Source of the DNA: Nitrospirota bacterium
GTDB taxonomy: Bacteria > Nitrospirota > UBA9217
DNA length: 64,000 bases
Direction: 5' to 3'
NCBI GenBank assembly: GCA_963749655.1
Contig: CAVVOB010000018.1
Location: 64,001-128,000, forward strand
Shown: piece after piece, positions 48,343-60,188 of the stretch
Layout: each line of letters opens with the position of its first letter
Position numbering within the stretch: position 1 is the first letter of the stretch
The notes under the pieces: generated by a model
Told to the model about the DNA's origin: nothing
The model's input: the letters and a program-made list of their open reading frames with translations, nothing else
Databases searched by the model: none
Position numbers and translations under genes: made by a program

Positions 48343-49870
48343 ATGATCCTTCTTTGGTTCATCATCATACCGCTCCTCGGCGGACTGGGGGCCTGGGTTT
48401 TCGGCAGGAAGAGCGCTTTGGCAGCGCGCTGGATATCGCTCGCGGCCCTCGCCCTCGACAGCGTGCTGCTGGCCCTGTTCTGGTCCGGTTCCTCGTCTCG
48501 GATCGCGATCAGCTACGGCACCTGGCTCCTGGAGCTCCAGAGGCCCTGGATACCGCAGCTCGGCATCAGCCTCCATCTGGCCGTGGACGGCCTGAGCCTG
48601 CTGCTGGTCGCGCTCACCTTGTTTCTCGGCGTCATCTCCGTGGTCTGCTCCTGGACCGAGATCCGCGAGCGCGTGGGGTTCTTTCATTTCAATCTGATGG
48701 CGATCCTCGGCGGCATTCTGGGAGTGTTCCTGTCCCTGGACCTGTTCCTGTTTTATTTCTTCTGGGAGCTGATGCTCGTGCCCATGTATTTCCTGATCAG
48801 CATCTGGGGCCACGAGAACCGGACCTATGCCTCGCTCAAGTTCTTCATCTTCACCCAGGCAGGCGGCCTCCTCATGCTGCTTTCTATTCTCGGCCTGTAC
48901 TTCATCCACGGCCGGGCACACGGCTTCTACACCTTCGACTATGTCCTGCTTCTCGGAACACAGCTCGCGCCCGGGACTGCCCTCTGGCTCATGCTCGGGT
49001 TCTTCATCGCCTTTCTCGTAAAGCTGCCGGCCATGCCCTTCCACCCCTGGCTCCCGGACGCCCATACCGAAGCTCCCACCGCCGGAAGCGTTATTCTCGC
49101 GGGCCTGCTCTTGAAGACCGGTGCCTACGGTCTCCTGCGCTTCGTCCTGCCGCTCTTTCCCGATGCGGTCATGGCTGTCACTCCACTGGTCATGACCATG
49201 GCCGTCGCAGGCATTATCTACGGCGCTGTGCTCGCCTTTGCCCAGACCGACCTCAAGCGGCTCGTGGCCTACACCAGCGTGAGCCATATGGGCTTCGTGC
49301 TGCTCGGCATTTTCGCCTGGAACCAGACAGCGCAGCAGGGTGCGGTTATGCAGATGCTGGCCCACGGCGTGAGCACCGGCGCCCTGTTCATCGTCGTCGG
49401 CATGATCCAGGAGCGCATTCATACCCGCGATCTGGACCGCATGGGAGGTTTCTGGACCGCTGCCCCGCGCCTGAGCGGAGTCGCCCTCGTCTTCGGACTC
49501 GCATCGCTCGGTTTGCCTGGATTCGGAAATTTCGTGGCCGAGTTCATGGTGCTCCTCGGCACGTTCCGGGTAAACGTCTTTGCCGCTGTCTATCGCGGCC
49601 CTGGGGCTCGTATTCGCTGCTGTCTATTCCCTCTGGATGATCCAGCGCGCTTTTCACGGCGAGCAGAAGGGACCATCCGGCATGGCCGACCTTTCCCTCC
49701 GTGAAGCAGGTATGATGGCGGTGCTGATCATCGCGATCTTCTGGCTCGGTCTTTTCCCCAAGCCGATATTGAACACCTCCGGCCCTGTTTTGAACACGCT
49801 CCAGTGCTGCTCCCCGACATCGCATCAGTCAACGGATGCCGGGGAAAAGACATCGTTGCAGGTCCGATGA
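48343..49870 (+). CDS. nuoM: NADH-quinone oxidoreductase subunit M (frameshift ~49590)
   Basis: FFWELMLVPMY, WLPDAHTEAPTAGS, LKRLVAYTSVSHMG, LGLPGFGNFVAEF. Confidence 0.93.
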
Positions 49871-49885
49871 GAGAGGAGGCGCAAA

Positions 49886-51351
49886 GTGACGAGCACGGAG
49901 CTCACTGCCATCCTTCCGCTTATCATCATTGCTGCTGCGTCAGTGGCGGTCATGGTTGTCATAGCCATTTACCGAAGCCACCTTCTCACGGTCCTGATCA
50001 CGCTCGCAGGGCTTGCGCTGGCAGCCGCATCGCTTCCGACAATATCGTTACTGGCGCCTCGTCCGGTCACCCAGCTTCTCATGATCGACTGGTATGCGCT
50101 CTTCTACATGGGCCTGATATTTCTCGCAGCCTTCGCTGTGGCTGCAATCTCCTACTCTTATTTGGAAAAGCATGCCGGCCATCGTGAAGAGTTCTACCTG
50201 CTCCTGCTCCTGGCTACACTGGGAACCGCCGTGCTCGTTGCGAGCACCCACTTTGCCGCGCTCTTCCTCGGGATCGAAACCCTGAGCGTGTCGCTCTATG
50301 CTTTGGCCGCCTATCTCAGGCACAGCGACCGCGGCATCGAGGCCGGCGTCAAGTACCTGATCCTTGCCGCCGTCTCCTCCGCCTTCATGCTCTTCGGCAT
50401 GGCACTCGTGTACGCGGAGACCGGAAGCATGGAATTTGGACAGATCGCCTCACGGCCGGCAGCGGGCGTCACCGGTCTGCCTTTCACGGTCGGGATGGGA
50501 CTGATCATCGTGGGGCTGGGTTTCAAACTCGCCGTAGTGCCTTTCCACCTCTGGACGCCTGATGTGTACGAAGGCGCGCCGGCGCCGGTCACGGCCTTTA
50601 TCGCCACGGTATCCAAGGGCGCCGTGTTCGCGCTCATCATGCGTTTCTTTTCCAGCATCGACATCCATGCCGACCAATCGCTCTTTATGATCTTCGCGCT
50701 CATAGCAGCGGCCTCCATGTTCACGGGCAATCTGCTGGCCCTGTTCCAGAACAACGTCAAACGCATTCTGGCCTACTCTTCGATATCCCATCTCGGCTAC
50801 CTGCTCGTCACCCTGCTGGCAGGCGGCCCTGTCGCCGCAGGCGCCGCGGCCTTTTATCTCGTTGCTTACTTCATCACGACCCTCGGCGCTTTCGGCGTCG
50901 TGACCGTGCTCTCCGGCAGCGAGCGCGACGCTGACCTCATGGAGGACTACGCGGGCCTGGCCTGGCGCAGTCCCTGGACTTGCAGGCGTGTTCACGCGCC
51001 ATGCTGTTCTCGCTGGCCGGCATCCCGCTGACCGCCGGATTCGTGGGGAAATTTTACGTCGTTGCCGCCGGCGCAGACTCAGCGCTCTGGCTTCTGCTCG
51101 TCGTCCTCGTGATCAACAGCGTCATCGGACTGTTCTACTATCTGCGCATCATCGTGACGCTCTTCGGCCGACCTGACCGGGAAACCCTTGCCGAACCCGC
51201 GCTCTCCCGGTCAGGCAGTGCGGTACTTGCCGCACTCACGCTTCTCCTTGTCTGGGTTGGCGTGTATCCGGGGCCGGTGATTCAATTGATACAGAAAATG
51301 GCGCACAGTCTGACATATAATCATCTCATCCGTAGCCGGAGGTCCTCATGA
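49886..51351 (+). CDS. nuoN: NADH-quinone oxidoreductase subunit N (frameshift ~50985)
   Basis: EAGVKYLIL, FKLAVVPFHLWTPDVYEGAP, KRILAYSSISH; second frame SLAGIPLTAGFVGKF, YYLRII. Confidence 0.92.
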
Positions 51352-53190
51352 ACAACCTTGAAAGCATTGCCAAAGCTCATCCGCTACTACAGCCTCGTCA
51401 TGTCGACCGAAGCCGGCTCGGGACATCCCACGTCCTCGCTGTCTGCAGCGGACCTGATGACCGGGCTCCTGTTCGGCGGCACGTTCAGGTTCGACCTGGA
51501 CAACCCACTCATGCCGAACAACGACCGCCTCATCTTTTCCAAAGGCCATGCGTCTCCGCTCTTTTATTCGATCTGGGCAGCTGCCGGAAAGGTCACGGAA
51601 AAGGAACTCCTGACCTTCAGAAAGTTCAACAGCCCCTTTGAAGGACATCCCACGCCGGCCTTCCGGTATACCGAGGCGGCAACAGGCTCGCTCGGGCCAG
51701 GGTCTCTCGATCGGACTGGGCATGGCGCTGAACGCGAAATATATCGACAAGCTGCCCTACCGCACCTATGTGCTGCTCGGCGACAGCGAGATGGCCGAGG
51801 GTTCGCAGTGGGAAGCCATGGAACTCGCCGCTTATTACAAGCTGGACAACCTCGTCGGCATCATGGACGTGAACCGGCTGGGCCAGCGCGGGGAGACCAT
51901 GTACGGCCATGATCTCTCGGTGTACAAGAACCGGGTGGCAGCCTTCGGATGGGAGCCCATCGTCATCGACGGCCATCATCTGCCGCAGATCCTTACGGCA
52001 TTCAAACAGGCAACAGAAGCCAAGGACAAACCGGTCATGATCATCGCGAAAACGCTGAAGGGCAAGGGGGTCTCCTTTATCGAGGACAAGAACGGCTGGC
52101 ACGGCAAACCGCTGAACAAAGAGGAACTTGTCCGCGCGCTCGCGGAGCTGGGTCCGGTTGACAGGACCGCTGATCGGGCAGATCGCAGCACCCGATGAGC
52201 TGACACCGGCGGTGCAAAAGTCCGGCAACGTACAGCCCCTGTCCTTACGCGCCGGACAAACCAGTTGCCACGAGACATGCCTATGGCACGGCGCTGGAAC
52301 GGATCTTCCCCCGAATTCCCCGACATGGTCGTACTCGATGCCGAAGTGAGCAACTCAACCTATGCGGAGCTGTTCAAGACAAAATACCCGGAGCGGTTCT
52401 TCGAGATGTTCATTGCGGAGCAGAACATGGTCGGCACGGCGCTCGGCCTGTCGCATCCGCGGCAAGATCCCTTTCGTATCCACCTTTGCCGCCTTCCTGA
52501 CCCGCGCCTTCGACCAGATACGCATGAGCCAGTATTCGCTCGCCAACATCAAGTTCTGCGGCTCCCATGCCGGAGTTTCCATCGGCGAGGACGGGTCGTC
52601 CCAGATGGGCCTTGAAGACATCGCGATGTTCAGAACGCTGCAAAACAGCGTGGTGCTCTATCCTTCCGATGCCGTGTCAACGGAAAAGCTCGTCGAAGAG
52701 ATGGCAGGCACACACAGGCATTGCCTATTTGCGCACCACGAGACAGGCCACGCCCGTTATCTACCGCAATGACGAAGCCTTCTGGATCGGCGGAAGCAAG
52801 ATATTGCGGTCGAACAAGAAGGATGTTGCCACCGTTGTCGCTGCGGGCATAACGCTTCACGAGGCGCTCAAGGCATATGAAGAACTTAAAGCAGGAAGGG
52901 ATCCTGGTGCGCGTCATCGACCTGTACAGCATCAAAACCGATCGATGCGGCAACCCTGGCGCGGGCCGCCGAAGAGACCGGGGCGATCATTACCGTCGAG
53001 GACCACTTCGCTGAAGGCGGGATCGGCGAAGCGGTCAGAAGCGCGCTTGCCGAACATCCGGTGACGGTCCATTCGCTGGCAGTACGAAAGATGCCGAAGA
53101 GCGGCAAACCCGAAGAATTGCTGAACTATGAGGAAATTTCGAAGAAGCTCGATAATCAGGAAAGGTGAAAGAGGTCGGAAAGCCGCTGAA
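51348..53190 (+). CDS. tkt: Transketolase, single-chain type (multiple frameshifts; end approximate)
   Basis: [58 protein letters not shown] and VEDH across successive frames. Confidence 0.85.
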
Positions 53191-53238
53191 CAAGAAATAG
53201 TGACGGGAAAATCTGAAGTCACGAGCTGCGCGAAATGC

Positions 53239-54748
53239 TTATCGTTTGATCCGGGACACCTGTTCCTGCCCGCCTGTTTTGATGCATACATGGCGTCATC
53301 AGCGCGTTTTATGAAAGAGTCCAGGGTATCACTCCCCAGTTCAACACAGGCAACGCCGATGCTCACCGACAACCGCATGGGCTGACCGTTCCGGGACCGA
53401 AGGTCGGTGTCCCGTGCTGCGGAAAGCAGTTTGCCTGCCAGGCCTTCCGCCCCGCTCTCAGTTGTTTCCGGCAGAATGAGCATGAACTCATCGCCTCCAT
53501 ACCGGCCGACGATATCCGCGTTCCGCAGAATGGTCTTGAGCGTCGCGGCAATGCTCTGCAAGAGACCGATCGCCCGTGTCATGCCCCCAGGTATCGTTGA
53601 TCTCCTTGAAATTGTCGATATCGCAGAGGATGAGGGACAGCTCCGTAGCGTAGCGTTTTGCCCGGTCGAGCTCGTAGACAAGACTGTCGGTCAGCGCCCT
53701 TCTGTTCATCAGCCCGGTGAGTTCGTCCGTGCGGGACAGGTGCTCCAGTTTTTCGATCAGCCGCCGCTTGTCCTCCTCCGACTTTTTCCGGCCCGTAATG
53801 TCGCGGGTATACTCGATGACATGCGATACGCTGCCGTCTTCATCCAGAATGGGATAGGTATAGATCTCAAACCAGACCGCCTGACCATTCGGCATCGTGA
53901 CGAGTTTGTCCTTGGCGAAGGGGTCTGCCGACTGAAGCGATTTCTGCACAATGCAGCCTTCGCAGACCGTGGTCGCTGTCATACAGCACGTCGATAGCAT
54001 TTTTTGCCGAGCAGTTCATCTGAGCGGGCGGTGCTTCATCTGCGCATAGGCATCATTGATGCGGATGATCTGGTAATTCGCGGTCGACGATGCAGAAGGG
54101 ATCGCGGATGCTGTTGAAGATCGTGTTCAGAAACCGTTCCGAGCGCTGCAGCCGCGCCTCGCTCCGCTTGCGCCAGGAGATATCGCGGACGATGCAGATG
54201 CGGCCGTTGTCCTCGAGCATGGTGACCGATGCTTCCTGGACATAGGTGCTCCCGTTCTTTCTTGTGGCGACCAGTTCGCCGCGCCATTTTCTGCTTTTCA
54301 GGAGCGGACGGCATGCAGGTCTGGTCCATGCGTGCGCGCTCCCGCTCGCCATACATGAGGCGATAGGTCTTCCCGATGATCTCGGCGGGGCTGTCGTAGC
54401 CGTTGAGTTTGGCATAGGCTTCGTTGACGAAGACGTATTGATTGTCCGCTGTTGTAGATCGCTATCCCGTCCATGGAGGACTCGATGGCCGCTGCTTGCT
54501 TTCGGGCAGTCTCTTCCGCATCTGTTGCGCTTCGCAACGAGCCGGGCAGAGGACAAAGCCGAATACGAGGAAGACTCACGGTCAGAAAAACGACCGGAGA
54601 TAGATCTCGTGCGAACCGGTCAACAGTACGTGAGAAACAGGCCCTCATGCGATGAAGGGTCGTAGGCGGCATCGCCGTCCAGATGACAACGGCAATGACC
54701 GTAAACGAAGCACTTTTATTCGTTTATCCTGATCATGGCCGCCATCAT
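53239..54748 (-). CDS. Membrane-anchored PAS-PAS diguanylate cyclase (multiple frameshifts; ends approximate)
   Basis: AIESSMDGIAI, PAS/PAC segments, TDELTGLMNRR, DIDNFKEINDTWGH, GRYGGDEF, RADDAMYASKQAGRN. Confidence 0.78.
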
Positions 54749-54913
54749 GAGCACCCACCGGGCAGCGACTTGACGTGAGGTCTAGTATAGCACAGGATAC
54801 CGAAACGCCGCGAATACAAGTATTTTTTTCATTCTAAACAAGTTTTTACTGTCTGCAGATCGACTTCTACTCTCGGCGACGCTGTGTTCCTTGAATGCTG
54901 CGAACGCGCCTGC

Positions 54914-56328
54914 TCAGACGTTCGTCTTGCTGCTCTCTTCCTGGATTCCCAGGACGCTCTCGACGATATCGGCAAGGTGCCGGTCATGATCGTGGTTCAG
55001 CGTGAACACCCGGCACTGGACCACACGGGCGGGGATGTAGTCGAAGAAATCCTTGAGCGGTTCCTTTTCCACTTTTCGGGTCGAGGGATTGAAAACGTAG
55101 ATCTGCCGTTCGCCCATCATGAGCGGGTTGATGGGCCGCGGGTCCTGGCTCGCCATGTCCACGGCGAACTGCAGGTCTTTCAAATGCGGGGGAAGGTTCT
55201 TTTTGATCCGTTTGACCAGTTCGGCCTTGTCGATGATGGTCTTTCCTTTTTCAAACGCGCGCATCGAGAGCGTCACATCGTAGGCCATCTTCCATTTGAC
55301 CTCGCGCGAGAGGATGGCGGCCCATTCCCGGCCCAGTGCGGACAGTGGGCCCCTGTTCGTCCTTGCCCCACTGTCTCACCGCTTCGAGCAGCGTCCAGTC
55401 CGTAAGCTCCAGGTACTCCGGAAGGTTCTCCACGGGATTGTAGGGGAAGAGCGCAGCCATGGTGTCCTTGAACAGTTCCTTCAGATGTTCGTCAATGGCC
55501 CTCGTGGTCCGGTGGTAATACACATTGGTGTACATGTACAGCCGCGCGTTCAGGAACATGTTGAGCGCCGTCAGGCCGGACTTGTGCAGCGTCAGGCCCT
55601 TTGTCGGTAAAAAAGGTATAGTACATGAGGCGGTCGATGTCCACGGCGCCGACGGCAACGCCGCACATGTAGGCATCGCGCAGCACATAATCGAGATTGT
55701 CCACCGTGTAGATGCCCGAGAGCAGCGGCTGGAGAAATACGAGCCATTTGGGCTGCTTGGCCGCGGGCGCAGTGGCGCCTTTGCCGATGAGGAACGCGAC
55801 CTGGTCGGGATTCAGGCTTTTCCCTTTTCGCAAAATCGCCTGAGGGCTGCGGCGGATCGACCTGATGATCTCGGCAAGTTCGGTCCTGATGATATGCTGG
55901 CCGAGTTTCTCATGGGTCAATCCGAACTGCTCGAGATAGTTGTCGTCGAAGAAATGGCCGAAGGGGCCGTGGCCGACATCGTGCAGCAGCGCGGTCACGC
56001 GAAGGAGCTCTTCTATATAGTTGGCCGACGGGCAGTCGGGGACCGCGGCCTTGAGCGAAGGATAGAGATGGCGGGCGAACCGGCCGGCCAGGTGCATGGC
56101 ACCCAGCGAATGCTGGAAGCGGCTGTGCTCCGCCGAGGGGTAGACCCAGCGGGCGCTCTGGAGCTGGTAGATCTGGCGCAGCCGCTGCATCCAGGGCGTG
56201 TCGATCAGGTCTTTTTCGGTCTTTTCTCCCGCTGTGCTCGGCGTGGTGAACGAAATGTAGCCGTGCACCGGATCGCCCAGCAGTGCCGTCCCGTCGTAAA
56301 AATCTTCGCCCTTCATGAGTTCGCGCAT
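54914..56328 (-). CDS. HD-superfamily phosphohydrolase, dNTP triphosphohydrolase-like (frameshifts ~55610 and ~55330)
   Basis: DPVHGYI, QRLRQIYQL, HSRFQHSLG, LLHDVGHGPF, DNLDYVLRD, MYTNVYYHRT. Confidence 0.82.
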
Positions 56329-56333
56329 GGCTC

Positions 56334-56361
56334 ATTATACCGTGAAATCACCGCGAGTCAA
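56334..56361 (-). promoter_or_regulatory. Sigma70 promoter of the HD gene (possibly leaderless)
   Basis: TTGACT-16 bp-TATAAT, 5 nt before ATG 56328. Confidence 0.55.
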
Positions 56362-56484
56362 ACCGAAAGTGCCTGCTGCGGAGCGTGCACCCTTCCGGCC
56401 CGGAACATGCCTGGAGAATGAGAAAAAGCAAGGTGAAATGGATTATAATATCAAAAAGAGCACAAACATCAGGGAGTGTGTGAT

Positions 56485-57321
56485 ATGCACGGGATCATCG
56501 CGTACCTGCAGCGATGGAAGAAATGGCAGATCTTTCTTTTCGCAATTGTTCTGGACATCCTGTTCGGACTTCTCGACTACCTCACGGGACCCGACCTGTC
56601 CCTCTTCATTTTATATCTTATCCCCGTCTTTCTCGGCACCTGGTTCATCGGGACGGGTACCGGGCTCCTGCTGTCCAGCCTCGGGGCGCTGGCATGGTCC
56701 CTTGCCGACCGGATCTACGGCAGCCTGATCATCCCGTACTGGAACCTGGCTGTTGAAGTGGGGACTTTTTTCATCATCACCTACATCATCGCCGCGCTGA
56801 AGCAAACACTCGAAACCGAAAAGCAGCTGGCGCGAATTGATCATCTGACGGGGGCCGTCAACCGGCGCCATTTCATCGAATTGGCCGAGGCGGAGATCCA
56901 CAGAACGCAGCGCTATGAGCACCCGTTCAGCGTGGCATTTCTGGACGTGGACGATTTCAAAATGATCAACGACTCGGGAGGACATCACGCGGGTGACGAC
57001 CTGCTGAAGACCGTCGTCAGGACGATCCGAAACGACACCCGCTCTTCGGACGTCATTGCTCGGCTCGGGGGCGATGAATTCATCGTATTGTTTCCGGAAA
57101 CGGGCTTCGCGACGGCACAGGCGGTCGTCGAAAAAATCAAGGTCCGGCTGGGTGATGCCATGGCCGCGCACCATTGGCCGGTCACCTTCAGCCTCGGCGT
57201 GATGACCTTCCACGAACCGCCGGCGTCGGTTGACCAGATGATCAAGCTGGTGGACGGCCTGATGTATGAAGTGAAGAAAAACGGCAAGAACAGCGTGCGG
57301 TGCAAGGTTTACAGCACGTAA
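56485..57321 (+). CDS. Membrane-bound diguanylate cyclase
   Basis: Four TM helices, DHLTGAVNRR, DVDDFKMIND, RSSD I-site, RLGGDEF. Confidence 0.9.
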   Translation: MHGIIAYLQRWKKWQIFLFAIVLDILFGLLDYLTGPDLSLFILYLIPVFLGTWFIGTGTGLLLSSLGALAWSLADRIYGSLIIPYWNLAVEVGTFFIITYIIAALKQTLETEKQLARIDHLTGAVNRRHFIELAEAEIHRTQRYEHPFSVAFLDVDDFKMINDSGGHHAGDDLLKTVVRTIRNDTRSSDVIARLGGDEFIVLFPETGFATAQAVVEKIKVRLGDAMAAHHWPVTFSLGVMTFHEPPASVDQMIKLVDGLMYEVKKNGKNSVRCKVYST

Positions 57322-57338
57322 CGAACGGGATGGATCGT

Positions 57339-57866
57339 CTACGGTTCGATGTAGGCCATCGATCCCGCCTCCAGGGCATAGAAGATCGACACCAGGTCCT
57401 TCTGGGGAATCGAAATAACCGGTGTTGCCTCCGCATCAGGGGGCGCTGCCGTCCGTTTCCCCTGCACGATCAGCGATTTTCCGAACACCAGGGTGTATCG
57501 GCCCCCCTTGCCTTCCGTTTTATTCGTCAGCACCAGCGGCCCCGGGCGGAAAGCATCTCCGCGGAACTTTCCTGCGGCCTTGAAGCGGACGTCCTTAAGT
57601 ACCCTGTTTTTATACTTAAGAAAAACCTGTTTCTTCTCCGTGCTGAAGACGAGATATTTTGAATCGGACCCGTACATCGCATTCTGGAACAGGAGATACT
57701 CCTGTTCGGCCCTGAAGGCACTGATGCGTTCATGAAGCTGCTGCTGCATATCGGTAAGCGCGGCCCGCTCGTCCAGCCCCCCGCCTTCCTCTTCGGCGCC
57801 CATGAGAAAGACGGCGAGTGCGATCATCAACCAGGCCGTTTTACCGCTTCCATTCCGCTCGGACAC
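57339..57866 (-). CDS. Catalytically degenerate L,D-transpeptidase-like exported protein
   Basis: GTG start after GGAGGG; signal/TM segment, coiled coil, then a YkuD-like segment aligning with the neighbour but lacking the His/Cys residues. Confidence 0.55.
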   Translation of the reverse strand: MSERNGSGKTAWLMIALAVFLMGAEEEGGGLDERAALTDMQQQLHERISAFRAEQEYLLFQNAMYGSDSKYLVFSTEKKQVFLKYKNRVLKDVRFKAAGKFRGDAFRPGPLVLTNKTEGKGGRYTLVFGKSLIVQGKRTAAPPDAEATPVISIPQKDLVSIFYALEAGSMAYIEP

Positions 57867-57886
57867 TTCGGATCCCCTCCATAAAC

Positions 57887-58006
57887 GCTGATAAGTCTGA
57901 TAAGCTGAAAAAACGTTTGCCACAGAGGACAGAGAGAAAAACATCACAAGGTAAAATACTTATACTATTTTTTCTGTTCTCTGTGCACTCTGTGAACTCT
58001 GTGGCA
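57887..58006. repeat. Inverted 9-mer (CACAGAG) element plus a GCTGATAA arm between the transpeptidase genes
   Basis: GCTGATAAGTCTGATAAGCTGA; TGCCACAGAGGACAGAGAG ... CTCTGTGCACTCTGTGAACTCTGTGGCA. Confidence 0.82.
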
Positions 58007-58038
58007 GATATTTCTATTCTACGTAACTTTTTTCGATA

Positions 58039-58683
58039 CTAATAAATATAAACCTTCGTTCCGAGTACAGCCGCTTTGTACACGACCTCGAGATCGTCAT
58101 CTCCCAGGGAGATGCAGCCGTGGGTGAAGTGCGTTCCCAGCAGATTCGTGTACTTCGTTCCGTGGATCTTGTATCCGTTCCCGAGGAGCAGGGCATACTT
58201 TCCCATGACGCCCCGTACGAACCGGTCGGGGTCGTTCGGCGCCGGTATAGGCATGTTCTCCTCCACGTAGGACCAGTCCGGCCTTATCCAGACCGGGTTC
58301 CGTTCCTTCCCCAGGACGCTCAAAGACCCAAGGGGCGATTCGAAAAACCATGAACCTCCCGTTTCCGACTCGACGAATTCGCGGCTGCCGGTCCCGCACA
58401 CGGCCGTGTGAAGGACGGCGTCCCCCTGCCGTAGGGTCAAACGGTTGTTTTCCGTGTCCACGACAATATACAGCTCGCCATCGTCCTGCCCTTCCAGGAT
58501 CTTGCGCAGGCCGCTGTTCTCCTCTTGCAGGCGCGTCACCTCCTGCTGCAATGCCTGCACGCTGCTGCGGAGTTCCTCGATGGAAGGCTCGGCAGATGCC
58601 GTTTCCGCCCGCGATGTCGAGGAAAACAGAAGAAAGCAGGCAAGAACCAGCACGAAGGCCGCAACACCTGAGTGATAGCGCAT
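58039..58683 (-). CDS. L,D-transpeptidase (YkuD family)
   Basis: Signal peptide, coiled coil, NPVWIRPDW, YKIHGT...THGCISL. Confidence 0.88.
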   Translation of the reverse strand: MRYHSGVAAFVLVLACFLLFSSTSRAETASAEPSIEELRSSVQALQQEVTRLQEENSGLRKILEGQDDGELYIVVDTENNRLTLRQGDAVLHTAVCGTGSREFVESETGGSWFFESPLGSLSVLGKERNPVWIRPDWSYVEENMPIPAPNDPDRFVRGVMGKYALLLGNGYKIHGTKYTNLLGTHFTHGCISLGDDDLEVVYKAAVLGTKVYIY

Positions 58684-58686
58684 TTT

Positions 58687-58717
58687 TTCCGCATTCCGCA
58701 TTCCGCATTTCGCATTC
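58687..58717. repeat. Heptamer tandem repeat (TTCCGCA family)
   Basis: TTCCGCA TTCCGCA TTCCGCA TTTCGCA TTC; same family as 26877-26907. Confidence 0.8.
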
Positions 58718-58770
58718 ATATAAAGCGTCCTCTGAGCCTGTTTTCTGGTTCGATGGAGCCCTGTCCCGAC

Positions 58771-60162
58771 CTACTCGGGAGTTCGGGATTCAGCATTCAA
58801 AAATATCTTCCCCGGGTTGAGGATGTTGTTGGGATCAAGGGCCTTTTTGATGCTGATCATGGCATTGATAGCGCCGGCGCCGAGCTCCATCGGAAGATAG
58901 GCCGCCTTGGACAGGCCGATGCCGTGCTCTCCCGAGATGCTGCCTCCCATCCTGAGCGTTGCGCTGAAGATCTCCCTGACCGCCTTCTCGGCGCGCGGCA
59001 GGTCCTCATCATCGATCAGGATGTTCGTGTGGATGTTGCCGTCGCCGGCATGGCCGAAATTCACGATCAAGAGGCCGTGCCGTTCGGCGATTCCGCTGAT
59101 CTCGCGAAGGATGTCGGCTATCCTGCTCCGCGGGACCACGATGTCTTCGTTCACTTTTTTCGGCTTGATGGTGTACAGGGCGGGAGAGATCGAACGCCGC
59201 GCTTTCCAGAGCTGGTCGCGCTCCGCAGGCTCGTCGGCGCGCGTTACCCGGAGCGCACCCCCGCGGGTCATGACCTCGGCGATCCGGTCGCTCTCGCGCG
59301 CGGTCGTTTCAGCCGGGCCGTCGGTTTCCACGATCAGCATGGCCCCGGCTCCGCCCGACAGGTCGCTCTTGAGGTAGGATTCCACGGCGCGAAGCGCCGC
59401 GGCGTCGACGAGTTCCAGCGCCCGCGGCAGGATGCGGGAGGCCAGGATCTGCGATGCGGCCCGCGCCGCGTCGTCAACAGTGCCGAAATATGCCGCCAGG
59501 GTCCGCACGGTCTCGGGCAGCGGAAGGAGCTTGAGCGTGATCTTCGTGACGACGCCGAGGGTGCCTTCGGAACCGATGACGAGCCGCGTGAGGTCGTAGC
59601 CCGCCACGCTCTTGACCGTTCTCGCGCCGGTCGAGATGAGCGCTCCCGTCGGAAGGACCAGTTCGAGGCCGAGCACGTAATCCCGGGTGACGCCGTACTT
59701 TACGGCCCGGAGTCCTCCGGCGCACTCTGCCACATTCCCTCCCAGGGTGCAGAACCGATTGCTCGCCGGGTCGGGCGGATAGAACAGCCCCCGCTCCTCC
59801 ACGGCGCGCTGGAGGTCGTTCGTGACGACCCCCGGCTCGACCACGGCGAGAAAATCCTCGTCGTTGATCTCGATGATCCTGTTCATGCGTTCCAGCGACA
59901 GGACGACGCCCCCCGCTACGGGCACGGAACCGCCGGACATCCCCGTACCTGCGCCCCGCGGCACGACGGGGATGCGCTCGGCATTGGCGAGCAGGAGGAT
60001 CTCCGACACCTCCGCTGCCGCTGCAGGCCGCACCACGGCCCAGGGCAGCGCCTCGCGCCGTGTCGCATCATAGGAATAGGCAACAAGCTCTTCGGGAGAT
60101 GCGGCCACATGCGCGGCGCCGACGATTGCGTTCAGTTTTTTTATAACGGACGGCTTCAGCAT
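58771..60162 (-). CDS. glcD: FAD-linked oxidase, glycolate/D-lactate dehydrogenase GlcD-like
   Basis: PRGAGTGMSGG, YPPDPAS, GGNVAECAGG, GSEGTLG, GHAGDGNIH, SGEHGIG, NILNPGKIF. Confidence 0.85.
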   Translation of the reverse strand: MLKPSVIKKLNAIVGAAHVAASPEELVAYSYDATRREALPWAVVRPAAAAEVSEILLLANAERIPVVPRGAGTGMSGGSVPVAGGVVLSLERMNRIIEINDEDFLAVVEPGVVTNDLQRAVEERGLFYPPDPASNRFCTLGGNVAECAGGLRAVKYGVTRDYVLGLELVLPTGALISTGARTVKSVAGYDLTRLVIGSEGTLGVVTKITLKLLPLPETVRTLAAYFGTVDDAARAASQILASRILPRALELVDAAALRAVESYLKSDLSGGAGAMLIVETDGPAETTARESDRIAEVMTRGGALRVTRADEPAERDQLWKARRSISPALYTIKPKKVNEDIVVPRSRIADILREISGIAERHGLLIVNFGHAGDGNIHTNILIDDEDLPRAEKAVREIFSATLRMGGSISGEHGIGLSKAAYLPMELGAGAINAMISIKKALDPNNILNPGKIFLNAESRTPE

Positions 60163-60188
60163 GATGGATACGACGCGAGCAAGACGCG

